The notes beneath the pieces were generated by a model. The model was not told where the DNA came from. It searched no databases and saw nothing but the letters and a program-made list of their open reading frames with translations. From assembly GCA_036742665.1 (NCBI GenBank), contig DAINQP010000004.1, forward strand, positions 382-64,381: a stretch of 64,000 nt of DNA. Direction: 5' to 3'. Positions 7,867 through 17,414 of this stretch are shown piece after piece. The first letter of the stretch is position 1, and each line of letters opens with the position of its first letter. A program made the position numbers and the translations under genes. Source of the stretch: Vicinamibacterales bacterium (GTDB lineage Bacteria > Acidobacteriota > Vicinamibacteria > Vicinamibacterales > UBA2999).

Positions 7867-10563
7867 ATGAGCTGGCGCCGTTTCTTCCGCAGAGCGTCAT
7901 CGGATCGCGATCGCGCCGCGGAACTGCGCTCCTACCTGGAGATCGAGACCGAGGAGAACAAGGCCCGCGGGATGTCGCCCGAGGCGGCGCGGCGGGCGGC
8001 GCATCTCAAACTCGGGAACACGGTGAGGATTCGCGAGGAGATCTACCGCATGAACACCATCAGCTGGCTCGATACGCTCGGGCGGGATCTGCGGCTGGCG
8101 TTGCGCGGCATGCGCCGACGCTCAGGCTTCACGGCGGCCGTCGTTCTCACGCTGGCGCTGGGCATTGGCGCGAACACGGCGATCTTCGGCGTCGTCGATG
8201 GCGTGCTGATTAAACCGCTGTCATACCCCAACGCCGGCGAGCTCGTCAGCATCAAGCAGGTTGCTCCAGGTCTCAACGTGAGCGTACTCGGCATGTCGGC
8301 GACGCAGTACTTCACGTATCGAGACGAGGGCCGTGTGTTTCAACACATCGGTCTGTATGGTGATGGCGGGCGTACGATTACCGGCGTCGGTGAGCCGGAG
8401 CAGGCGCGCGCGCTGTTTGTCACTCACGACGTGCTGGAGGCGTTGGGTGTGCAGCCGCAGCTCGGTCGCATCTTCACACAGGCGGACAGCACACCCGGTG
8501 GGGCGCCGTATGCTCCGGTGGTCCTCCTGACTCACGCCTATTGGCAACGGCGATTCGGCGGCGATCGCTCCGTGATCGGCCGACGGTTCATTGCCGACTC
8601 GACCCCGGTGGAGGTGATCGGCGTCATGCCGGAAGGGTTCCGGTTCCTCGACATGGAGCCCGCCGCCGAGGTGATCTCGCTGATCACCCTCGATCGCAGC
8701 CGCCTGCGGATCGGCGGGTTCGGCTATTCGAGCCTCGCCCGGCTCAAACCGGGCGCGACCGTCGCCGACGCGAACGCCGACATTGCGCGGATGCTGCCGA
8801 TCTGGCTCGAGGCCTGGCCGACACCGCCCAACACGGCCGGGCCCCAAGAATACGAGAAGTGGAAGATCGCACCGGCAGTGCAGCCGCTGAAGGACGCCGT
8901 CGTCGGCGGCGTTGGCGACATGCTGTGGATCCTGATGGCGACGATCGGGATGGTCCTGCTGATCGCCTGCGCCAACGTCGCGAATCTCATGCTGGTGAGA
9001 TCCGAAAGCCGGCGTCACGAGTTCGCCCTGCGGACGGCGCTCGGCGCCCGGCGAGGAGACATCGTGAGAGAGGTGCTGGTCGAAAGCCTGGCGCTTTCAC
9101 TCGTCGGCGGCGCTTTGGGCGTGGCACTCGCGTATGCCGGCCTCCAACTGGTCGTCGCGACGGCGCCGACTACGCTGCCGCGAGTCGAGGACATCTCGCT
9201 CGATCCCCGCGTGCTCGCATTTGCCATTGTGGTCTCGCTGCTCTCGAGCATGCTGTTCGGCACGCTGCCCGCGCTGAAGCACGCCGCGCAGCATGGCGCG
9301 CCAATCGTCGGCGCCGCGCGCGGCGCCAGCACCAGCCGCGGACGGCAGCGCACGCGCAATGCACTGGTCGTCGTGCAGGTAGCGCTGGCTCTGGTCCTGC
9401 TCGTCGCATCGGGCCTGATGATCCGCACCTTCGTCGCCCTGCTCGACGTCGAGCCGGGATTTGCGGCCGCTGCGGATGTCCAGACGGCACGAGTGTGGGT
9501 GCCTCCCCAGCAGGTGACCGAGGCAGAACGTGTCACGCGGATCCAGCACGAGATTCTCGACAAGGTTGTGGAGCTGCCCGGCGTGAAGGCTGCCGCCTTC
9601 GCGAGCGCAGTGCCGATGGAGGGACCACTGCGAGTGTGGCTCAATCCGGTGTTCGTCGAAGGGAAGGACGCTCCCGGGACGACGCCGCCGATGCGTCGAA
9701 TGAAGGTGGTGTCGCCGGGCTACTTCGCCGCCATCGGCACGCGGATGATCGCCGGACGCGACATCACGTGGAACGACATCTACGGGCGCGCAACCGTGGC
9801 GATCGTCTCCGAGAACTTCGCCCGTGAAGTCTGGGGATCGCCGGCCGCGGCGCTGGGCCAGCGGATTCGTGATTCCGCTCCTGCGAGCACCGACCTGTGG
9901 CGCGAGATCATCGGCGTCGTCGAGAACGTTCACGAGGATGCGTTGTATCAGTCCGCACCGACGTTCGCGTACTGGCCGGTCATGATGGAGAATTTCGGCG
10001 GCAACGGGCTGTTCGTGATGCGCGCCGTCAATCTGGTCATCCGCAGCGACGAAGCCGGCCGCGAGAGCCTTTTGAACGGCGTCCGCAATGCCGTGTCGTC
10101 GGTCAACGCGAGCATGCCGGTTTTTCTCGTCCGCACGATGAAGGACCTCTATGACGCGTCGATGGCGCGGACGTCGTTCGCACTGATCATGTTGGCCATT
10201 GCTGCGACGATGGCGCTGGCGCTCGGGGTGATCGGCATCTACGGCGTGATCGCGTACGTCGTCGCGCAGCGATCGAGAGAAATCGGCATCCGCCTGGCGC
10301 TTGGCGCCGCGCCGACCCAGCTCAAACGGATGTTTGTACGTCAGGGGCTGGTGTTGACTGCGGTTGGCGCCGCAGTGGGCCTGGTGACAGCAATCGCGTT
10401 GACGCAATGGATGTCGTCGCTTCTCTTCGGCGTCGAGCGGCTCGATCCACCAACGTACGCGGCAGTGCTGGCAGTGCTGGCGATGGCCGCGGCGATGGCG
10501 AGTTATGTGCCGGCGCGCAGGGCGGCCACCGTCGATCCCGTTGAAACGCTCACGGCAGAGTGA
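7867..10563 (+). CDS. ADOP-type duplicated FtsX/MacB-like ABC permease
   Basis: 898 aa. N-terminal MSWRRFFRR...EIEEE...LGN leader typical of ADOP proteins and two FtsX-like 4-TM modules. Sits immediately after padR. Confidence 0.85.
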   Translation: MSWRRFFRRASSDRDRAAELRSYLEIETEENKARGMSPEAARRAAHLKLGNTVRIREEIYRMNTISWLDTLGRDLRLALRGMRRRSGFTAAVVLTLALGIGANTAIFGVVDGVLIKPLSYPNAGELVSIKQVAPGLNVSVLGMSATQYFTYRDEGRVFQHIGLYGDGGRTITGVGEPEQARALFVTHDVLEALGVQPQLGRIFTQADSTPGGAPYAPVVLLTHAYWQRRFGGDRSVIGRRFIADSTPVEVIGVMPEGFRFLDMEPAAEVISLITLDRSRLRIGGFGYSSLARLKPGATVADANADIARMLPIWLEAWPTPPNTAGPQEYEKWKIAPAVQPLKDAVVGGVGDMLWILMATIGMVLLIACANVANLMLVRSESRRHEFALRTALGARRGDIVREVLVESLALSLVGGALGVALAYAGLQLVVATAPTTLPRVEDISLDPRVLAFAIVVSLLSSMLFGTLPALKHAAQHGAPIVGAARGASTSRGRQRTRNALVVVQVALALVLLVASGLMIRTFVALLDVEPGFAAAADVQTARVWVPPQQVTEAERVTRIQHEILDKVVELPGVKAAAFASAVPMEGPLRVWLNPVFVEGKDAPGTTPPMRRMKVVSPGYFAAIGTRMIAGRDITWNDIYGRATVAIVSENFAREVWGSPAAALGQRIRDSAPASTDLWREIIGVVENVHEDALYQSAPTFAYWPVMMENFGGNGLFVMRAVNLVIRSDEAGRESLLNGVRNAVSSVNASMPVFLVRTMKDLYDASMARTSFALIMLAIAATMALALGVIGIYGVIAYVVAQRSREIGIRLALGAAPTQLKRMFVRQGLVLTAVGAAVGLVTAIALTQWMSSLLFGVERLDPPTYAAVLAVLAMAAAMASYVPARRAATVDPVETLTAE

Positions 10564-11492
10564 AGTGGGTGACGCAGATGACTCGACACATTGTTTGCGG
10601 CTTGGTCGTGTTGATGCTCTCACTTGCTGCGCTGCTCGGCAACGGTGCACGTGCACAGGCGCCCGCGGGGTTCGAGCTGACGTTAGTGGATGTGGACGGT
10701 ACGAAAAAAGTTCTCGGCCAGCTTCCGCCATCCGTCTATGCACCGCGCATTTCACCAGACGGTACGCGAGTGGCGTTCGAGACGCGTGACCTGTCGGGCC
10801 CCGACGGACCGCGACTCTGGACCGCGGAACTCTCAAACGTCGCCGGACGAAAGCCGCTGCCACTCGTCGCTGGTGCCATCAACTGGGCACCGATGTGGAC
10901 ACTCGACGGCCAGCGGGTCGTCTTCATCGTCTCCGGCCAGCGTGGTGACGCGGTGTATTGGCGGCGAGCGGACGGCAGCGGCGACGCCGAGCACCTGATC
11001 GACACTCGCGCCGCCGAAGGTTGGACGCCAGGTGGGCTCCAACTGCGGTTTCTGACCCTGAAGGAGTCGGGTGGCAATCGCGATTACGGAATCGCCATGC
11101 TCGACATGGCTTCACGCAAAGTAACGCCGCTCGTCGATCTGCCGGACTCAGCGCAGCATAGCAGTGCGATGTCGCCAGACGGCAGATGGATGGCGTATGC
11201 GTCGAACGAGACTGGTCGCTATGAAGTGTGGATCGAGCCGTTCCCGCACACCGGCGCACGTCATCAGCTGACCCGGGACGGCGGCTCGCATCCGCTGTGG
11301 CTGCCCGACGGCCAGTCGATCTACTTCGATCGCGACCATCAGATATTCCGCCTCGCCGTGAACGTGAAGGCCTTGTCTGGGCACATGGAGCCGACGCCGC
11401 TGCCAGTCACGGGATTCGCGCAGGCCGAGTACCGTCGACAGTTCGACCTGATGCCCAACGGCCGTCAATTCATTGTGCTTATGCCAAGATAG
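10560..11492 (+). CDS. Secreted PD40/TolB-like beta-propeller repeat protein
   Basis: Signal peptide (..LSLAALLGNGARAQA) and repeated SPDG(T/R)xxAF motifs. The start overlaps the ADOP stop. Confidence 0.65.
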   Translation: MKWVTQMTRHIVCGLVVLMLSLAALLGNGARAQAPAGFELTLVDVDGTKKVLGQLPPSVYAPRISPDGTRVAFETRDLSGPDGPRLWTAELSNVAGRKPLPLVAGAINWAPMWTLDGQRVVFIVSGQRGDAVYWRRADGSGDAEHLIDTRAAEGWTPGGLQLRFLTLKESGGNRDYGIAMLDMASRKVTPLVDLPDSAQHSSAMSPDGRWMAYASNETGRYEVWIEPFPHTGARHQLTRDGGSHPLWLPDGQSIYFDRDHQIFRLAVNVKALSGHMEPTPLPVTGFAQAEYRRQFDLMPNGRQFIVLMPR

Positions 11493-11503
11493 GCAGTTGG
11501 GAG

Positions 11504-12766
11504 TTACACGATCGTCCCGGGCTTTATCACTCCACCTTTGGCCACCACGACAATGCCGCTGCGGATGTAGTAGCCATCGCCATCGGCGTGCTCGATTCGT
11601 TGCTCGTTGACCAGACGTGCGCCGTCGCCGATGCGCGCGTTCTTGTCGATGATCACGCGATCGAGCACGACCTCCTTGCCGATTCCGAGCGCCGGCAGGC
11701 CCTCGGGCGGCTCACCATATTCGTAGAAGTCGGCACCCAGCAGCACCGATCGCGAGATTCGCGTGCCTTCCCGAACGGCGCTGCGTACGCCGACGACGGA
11801 TGTATCGACGTTGCAGCCGGCCAGATAACATCCTTCCGAGATGAGCGAGTCCCGGGCCTGCACGTTCGGAATCAGCGAGCCAGGAAGATGACGCAGGTGC
11901 GTGTAGATCGGACGATCCTTGTCCCAGAAGTGAAACGGTGAATCGAGCCGTCCGAGCATCACGTTGTTCTCGTAGAACGACTCGATAGTCCCGACGTCCG
12001 CCCAGTACCCGCGATACAGATACGACTTCACCTTGCACTTGCCGATCGCGCCAGGGATTAGCTCACGGCCGAAGTCGTGTCCGGTTTCGCGCTCGAGCAT
12101 GTTGATCAAGACACGCCGCGAAAAGACGTACACGCCCATCGAGGCCATGAACGGCCGCTCGTCGGAATGTGTGGCGAAGGTGGCTCCCTCGGGAATGCTG
12201 CGGCCGATCGCCCGCAGTTGTGGCTCTTTCAGCTTCTCGTCGAAGGCGACGATCGTCCCGTCACGATCGAAGCGGAAGATGCCCATCTGAGTCGCGGTCT
12301 CGATGTCCACCGGCTGCGCTGCGATAGTGATGTCGGCTTTCTGCTGACGATGCGCCTCCACCAGTTCTTCGTAATCCATCCGGTACAGATGGTCGCCGGC
12401 GAGGATCAAGTCGTACTTCGCGTCGTGCTGAACGAAGTGCCGCGCAGCTTGCCGGACGGCATCAGCTGTCCCCTGATACCAGTTGGGATTGTCGGGCGTC
12501 TGCTCGGCGGCAAGGATCTCGACGAAGCCGCCGGAGAACCGATCGAGCCGATACGTGTTCGAGATATGACGATTGAGTGACGCCGAATTGAACTGCGTGA
12601 GCACGAAGATGCGGGAGATGTCCGCGTGCAGGCAGCCACTGATCGGAATATCGATGAGGCGATACTTTCCGCCGATCGGCACTGCGGGTTTCGAGCGCGT
12701 AGCGGTCAGGGGAAATAGCCGCGCGCCCTGTCCGCCGCCAAGGATGATTGCCATCGTATCGTTCAT
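11504..12766 (-). CDS. glgC: Glucose-1-phosphate adenylyltransferase
   Basis: AIILGGGQGARLFPLTATRSKPAVPIGGKYRLIDI at the N-terminus and C-terminal left-handed beta-helix repeats. Confidence 0.9.
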   Translation of the reverse strand: MNDTMAIILGGGQGARLFPLTATRSKPAVPIGGKYRLIDIPISGCLHADISRIFVLTQFNSASLNRHISNTYRLDRFSGGFVEILAAEQTPDNPNWYQGTADAVRQAARHFVQHDAKYDLILAGDHLYRMDYEELVEAHRQQKADITIAAQPVDIETATQMGIFRFDRDGTIVAFDEKLKEPQLRAIGRSIPEGATFATHSDERPFMASMGVYVFSRRVLINMLERETGHDFGRELIPGAIGKCKVKSYLYRGYWADVGTIESFYENNVMLGRLDSPFHFWDKDRPIYTHLRHLPGSLIPNVQARDSLISEGCYLAGCNVDTSVVGVRSAVREGTRISRSVLLGADFYEYGEPPEGLPALGIGKEVVLDRVIIDKNARIGDGARLVNEQRIEHADGDGYYIRSGIVVVAKGGVIKPGTIV

Positions 12767-12886
12767 AAACCTGGAGGGGTTTTAACACAGTCGTGCCGGT
12801 GATGTGATCCGCGCGTCACATCGTCGCCCTAATCTTCGGTCGTATGCACGTGGGTATACCACGGCACATGCTAGGAGGGCGCAGGC

Positions 12887-13176
12887 GTGATGCGAAGGTT
12901 GAGCGTCATTGTCTGCGCCCACAATGAGGCAGATTACCTTGCGCCTGTGCCAAGGCCTGGTGGTGGCGCGCGAAACCGGGCGGCGAATGGCGACGGGCGA
13001 CGTGCTCGTGTACCTGGATGCCGACTGCCACGCGCCGCTGACCTGGCTCGAGCGCGTCAAGCGCCGCTTCCAGCGCGACCCCGATCTCATTGCACTGTCC
13101 GGGCCATATCGCTTCTATGACTGGACTGGTGGGGCCGACTGCTCATCCGCGCCTATGACTTCACGCTCGCGCCGGC
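12887..13176 (+). pseudogene. Family-2 glycosyltransferase remnant (internal deletion plus frameshifts)
   Basis: MRRLSVIVCAHNEADYL in one frame. ARETGRRMATGDVLVYLDADC...LSGPYRFYDWTG follows in a second frame only ~20 codons later (an intact GT2 has ~60-80). WGRLLIRAYDFTLAP continues in a third frame. Confidence 0.55.
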
Positions 13177-13179
13177 GAC

Positions 13180-13657
13180 AGCAAGCTCGCGGTCGCCGAA
13201 GTTGTGGACCTCTACGGATCGACCGGCAAGTTCGACGTGATCGCGATCACATCAATCCGCGAACGCCATCCTGAAAGAGATCCGTCGTCAGGCTGGGTTG
13301 AGCATCGCCTTCATCCCCATCATCGGACGACGCGACGGATTGAGATCGGTACGTGCTACCTCTGGGATCATCGCAATGAGCTCTCCGATCTGGTTGACGT
13401 CTGGGAGGCCGGCAATCGCGACGACCTCTTCTCGGTGACCAGCCTCAAGCACTTTCCGTATGTCGTCAACAGCGATTTCCACAAACCGAAGCACCTGTAC
13501 TCGTGGAAGAACGCTCGTCCGCTGCGAGAAGAACTGGCCGGCGGTGAAGCAGGCACTGCGCGCCAACGTCGACATTGCGCTCACGCTGTTCCGACACGGA
13601 TCCTGGGCAGCGGCCTCACGTGGCATTGAGGTTAGACCTGCCTCACGTCCTGGCTGA
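13180..13657 (+). pseudogene. PHP-domain phosphoesterase-like remnant (at least 3 frameshifts)
   Basis: GKFDVIAIT(S), ANAILKEIRRQAGLSIAFIP, VDVWEAGNRDDLF...VVNSDFHKPKHLYSWK and LVRCEKNWPAVKQALRANVDIALTLF lie in different frames. Confidence 0.4.
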
Positions 13658-13956
13658 CCAGGATCGTGTGCGCGTCGACCTCCGTCGAGGCTACTGTTCA
13701 ATAGGCGCTTCGTCGGCGTTATACCTGTGACGCTCAAGGAGTGCTTGTGCTGCCACGTTTGGTGTGCTGTCGGGCACGCTTGTCAGAACCCTGCGCGACG
13801 CCCCGATCGTGCTGGCATTTGCTCCCGGCTACCACGATCTTCAGCACACGCCATCGTCGGGTGCGTGGGATTACATCAGGGCTGCACAGTTTCGCGTGAG
13901 ACTGGGTTGTCTCTTTGTGATGATGCCCGACGCCGTGACGCGTCCGCTGATGCAGA

Positions 13957-14505
13957 TCAGACCTTTACGATCTCGCCGCGGCGCAGCTTTCGATACAGCT
14001 CCAGTGCGTCTCGAATGATCGTTACGGCTTCCTCTGGGCCCAGCAGGTCCTCGACGACGACCTGCTTGTGCTCGAGTGACTTGTAATCTTCGAAGAACCG
14101 CCGCAGCTCGAGGAGCAGGTGTGCAGGCAGTTGCATCTTGTCTGTATAGCCGGCAAACGCCGGGTCGTGCACGCTGACGGCGACGATCTTGTCGTCGATG
14201 CCTTTCTCATCGCGCATCCGCATCACGCCAATCGCGCGCGCCTCAACGACCGTCAGCGGATACACCGGCTCCTGGCTCAAGACCAGGGCATCGAGCGGGT
14301 CGCCGTCGTCGCAGAACGTGCGGGGAATGAAGCCGTAGTCGGCCGGATAGTGCACCGCGCTGTACAGCACGCGATCGAGCTTCAGCAGCCCGGTCTCTTT
14401 ATCGAGCTCGTACTTGTTCTTGCTGCCTTTCGGAATTTCGATGACAACCGGAAATGCGTCGCTGACGAGCGCATCGTCAACGTAGCTGTCATGCCACGGG
14501 TGCAT
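13957..14505 (-). CDS. ppa: Inorganic pyrophosphatase (family I)
   Basis: [13 protein letters not shown]...[20 protein letters not shown]. Confidence 0.9.
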   Translation of the reverse strand: MHPWHDSYVDDALVSDAFPVVIEIPKGSKNKYELDKETGLLKLDRVLYSAVHYPADYGFIPRTFCDDGDPLDALVLSQEPVYPLTVVEARAIGVMRMRDEKGIDDKIVAVSVHDPAFAGYTDKMQLPAHLLLELRRFFEDYKSLEHKQVVVEDLLGPEEAVTIIRDALELYRKLRRGEIVKV

Positions 14506-14514
14506 GAAGCGAGT

Positions 14515-16470
14515 CTACTTGATTTGCGGACGGTACAGCTCCAGATCGCCGTCAGTCCCGACGTGCTCGAGCCGCAGCGCACCGGAGGCGAACGCGCGCA
14601 GCGCGTCGCTCGTGCGTGCGCGATCGATCACGACGAAGCCGATCTTCGAACGCTCGGTCCAGACCGGTCCGAGTTCGATCAGCCGAGCCTTCACGTCATC
14701 CGGGATGTCGTCGCCCTCGCTGAGGACGAGCAACGCGTCGATCATCTCGTTGCTGCGCAGCAGGCCGATGCGCCGCCGCGACACGCGCGACAGATAGCCG
14801 CCGACCAGCGCCTTCTCGTGGAAGGTTTGATAGAACTGCGATCGAGCCGTGAAGTTGCCGATGCTACTCGTGCCGTCGCGCGCACCGACCGGAAGCTCGA
14901 GGAGCCGAACGTCGGCCGGCGCGTTCTTCACCTGCTGATAGATGCGCGGAACGGCTGCCGAATAAATCGGACGCGGCGCCGGCAACAGCTCGAAGAGCAG
15001 CAGGGCACCCACGGTGGTGACAATGAGCCGCCGTTTCGCCGGATAGCGACGCGTGAGCGCAACCAGTGCCGTCGCGAACAGGATCGCCACGCCCAGCATC
15101 AGCACCACGCTGAATCGCGAGGGCGATCGGGTGAGCCCGAGAATCGGTACGTAGCGCAGGAAGGCCCACGGACCAGGCGCGTACGTGTTGACGCCGGCGA
15201 TGTGAATGAACGGCCCCAACGCGAGGAGACCGAACAGCGCCGTGAGGCCCGCCCACCACCGCGATGGCACCCATCCGGCGCGCCAGGCCACGCACAACGT
15301 GACGATCGCGACAAGCGGCACGGAGACGAGCCCTTCGATGTAGCGCCCGGGCCATGAATTGAGCCAGTCCACGAACATCCCTGGCGCCAGCGGATGATTC
15401 GGATTCGGCAGGAAGAGCGCGAGCACATCGACGCCGCCCGGACTGCTGCGCCAGAAGATCTGGGACGGATCGAGCGGCCCGTTCTTCAGCCGGACCGCGG
15501 TCGCATAGAGCACCGGGGACAGTAGGCAGATCGCCACGACGCCTGCGGCGAGAGAGAAGCGCACGAATCGCCACAATCCGCTTGTCGGCCGCAGCGATGT
15601 GCGGAGCTCCCAGGCGACCCGGATCGCCACGAGCATCGTCAGCACCATCATCGGTGTGTAGAGGCTATGGATCGGCAGTGGCCGTCCCATGATGGAGAAC
15701 TGCCAGCCGCCACTGATGATGAGCGCAGCGATGAAGCCGCCCATGCTGAGAATCAACACGTCGAGCGCCCAGCGCGCCGCAACGCCGCGTCCGGCCAGGG
15801 GGCTTCGATGGATAGCCACGATCCGCACGGCGAGGAAGATGACGCCGATGAGGAGGCAGTACACCGCGAAGTACACGTCCGTGCTTGCCGCGAGCCATTC
15901 CGTGGCCCCCAGCGCGACCGCGTCACGGAACCGCTCGTGTCCGTCGGCCTTCACGAGGATCAAGAGGAAGATCGCGAGTGGAGCCGCAGCCACCAGGCTG
16001 AAATGTTCAGTGCCGCGCGTGACGAGAAGTGGACTCCAGGCGAACAACGCACCCGCCAGCCACGATTCGGCAGCCTGATTGGTCACGTGTCTGGCCAGCA
16101 GGAACGTCGCGTAGGCCGTGAGCACCGTCATCAGCAGGTAGATGACGTTGAACGTCGTCACGACGCCGAGGATGCCGATCAGCGGCAGCGCCAGGAGATT
16201 CTGGAACGCCGTGTAGTTGTGAAGACTGAGATTGGTCGGCTCGGTGAGGGCGAAGATGCGGTCGGTAAAGTATGGAAGGTGGCCCTCCTGTACGACTTCA
16301 TGGCGAAAGACCCACTGATTCCAGACGTACACACCGGTGTCGCCGCCTGGCACCCCAGTGAGGTGCGTACTCATATTGAGCGGAAGCGGCCATGAGAAAG
16401 CGATGGCCACCACCACATACGCAGCGAGGACGGCTGCGTGCGACGACCCCCGCGAGTCGCGCGTCTGCAT
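14515..16470 (-). CDS. Large polytopic membrane protein (possible GT-C-like glycosyltransferase), 9 nt upstream of ppa
   Basis: 651 aa. More than 12 hydrophobic segments followed by a ~150-aa soluble C-terminal domain. No diagnostic motif recognised. Confidence 0.45.
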   Translation of the reverse strand: MQTRDSRGSSHAAVLAAYVVVAIAFSWPLPLNMSTHLTGVPGGDTGVYVWNQWVFRHEVVQEGHLPYFTDRIFALTEPTNLSLHNYTAFQNLLALPLIGILGVVTTFNVIYLLMTVLTAYATFLLARHVTNQAAESWLAGALFAWSPLLVTRGTEHFSLVAAAPLAIFLLILVKADGHERFRDAVALGATEWLAASTDVYFAVYCLLIGVIFLAVRIVAIHRSPLAGRGVAARWALDVLILSMGGFIAALIISGGWQFSIMGRPLPIHSLYTPMMVLTMLVAIRVAWELRTSLRPTSGLWRFVRFSLAAGVVAICLLSPVLYATAVRLKNGPLDPSQIFWRSSPGGVDVLALFLPNPNHPLAPGMFVDWLNSWPGRYIEGLVSVPLVAIVTLCVAWRAGWVPSRWWAGLTALFGLLALGPFIHIAGVNTYAPGPWAFLRYVPILGLTRSPSRFSVVLMLGVAILFATALVALTRRYPAKRRLIVTTVGALLLFELLPAPRPIYSAAVPRIYQQVKNAPADVRLLELPVGARDGTSSIGNFTARSQFYQTFHEKALVGGYLSRVSRRRIGLLRSNEMIDALLVLSEGDDIPDDVKARLIELGPVWTERSKIGFVVIDRARTSDALRAFASGALRLEHVGTDGDLELYRPQIK

Positions 16471-16551
16471 CTTGAGCGAGCGGAGAATAGCAGAGCTCGC
16501 GCGTCAGTAGTGAAAAAAGTTAAGAAAATGTAAAACGAAAGAAATCAGGCC

Positions 16552-17205
16552 TTATTCGCTGCGTGCGGCGAGGGCGCGGGCGGCCAAATAGGCCTGAGAT
16601 TCGCGATCGAGGCGGAAGGCGCCGGTTCGGAGGTCGGCAAACTCGCGCGCGTCGATGCTGGCGCGCATCAGCCCGTACGGCGAATGCGCGTTGCTCTGAA
16701 GGAGGTAGTGGCCGATCTCGTGGGCGACCGCCCGGCCCAGCACGACGCCCAGTTTGTATTGACGCATCGCGGGCAGATCGACCAGCGGGAGTTCGGGCCG
16801 CTCCTCGACGATGCGAAGGGCCGCCGAAATAGACGCGAGGGCAATGGCGCTGCGATCCTCGAATCGCATGAGCTCAGCGACCGGCCACTGGTTGTCTGTC
16901 GCAGCCATCATGCGACGCGCGACGATGATGCGAAGCGGACGGTCCTCGTCCGTGCTGCGGTTGTCGCGAATCCAGCGAAGCTGCACGCGGGCGTCTTTCC
17001 AGATGGATTCAGTTTCGTTGATGAGCGCGCCTTGGCTGACGGCGGAGAGTTCGTTTGACGTGGTGAACCGGACGCTGAGGACGGTCGGGAACTCGGCGTC
17101 GCTTTTTTCGGCCGCGTGGGGGACAGCCCCGCAGAATCCCAGCACGATGCCCAGAACCATCACACCGCGTCGGGATACAGCACTCATCCTAAGTCGGGTC
17201 ACCAT
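16552..17205 (-). CDS. Secreted hypothetical protein with an HExxH zinc-peptidase motif
   Basis: Signal-like N-terminus (VMVLGIVLGFCGAVPHAAE) and AVAHEIGHYLL near the C-terminus. Confidence 0.45.
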   Translation of the reverse strand: MVTRLRMSAVSRRGVMVLGIVLGFCGAVPHAAEKSDAEFPTVLSVRFTTSNELSAVSQGALINETESIWKDARVQLRWIRDNRSTDEDRPLRIIVARRMMAATDNQWPVAELMRFEDRSAIALASISAALRIVEERPELPLVDLPAMRQYKLGVVLGRAVAHEIGHYLLQSNAHSPYGLMRASIDAREFADLRTGAFRLDRESQAYLAARALAARSE

Positions 17206-17414
17206 AGCATGACGACCACGTTACATGTGTGTTAATTATTTCGGCTCAATGAGGGAATGGAAATAGGAGGTGAAAGGTCTTAGGTAGCAACGAGAAGCTC
17301 GGGCTGAAGGGCAGATTTTAAGTAGTGGTTCGCGGTCCGTCATCCTTCGTTTACACCCCCCGCATAACCTGCCTCGGACACGGTGGCAACCCAGTTCATG
17401 CGGAGGTGAGTGTG

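Noticed and set aside
9097-10863. 588-aa minus-strand ORF and the 428-aa plus-strand alternate-frame ORF (8541-9827) overlapping the ADOP permease
   Set aside because: Extreme Arg/His/Gly/Asp composition and no hydrophobic core or motifs. The ADOP frame has clear FtsX-type TM modules. These are shadow ORFs.
17206-17414. AT-richer 200-bp leader upstream of the TonB-dependent receptor, as a possible riboswitch (for example cobalamin)
   Set aside because: No B12-box or other riboswitch core sequence was recognisable by eye. An Rfam covariance-model scan would be needed.
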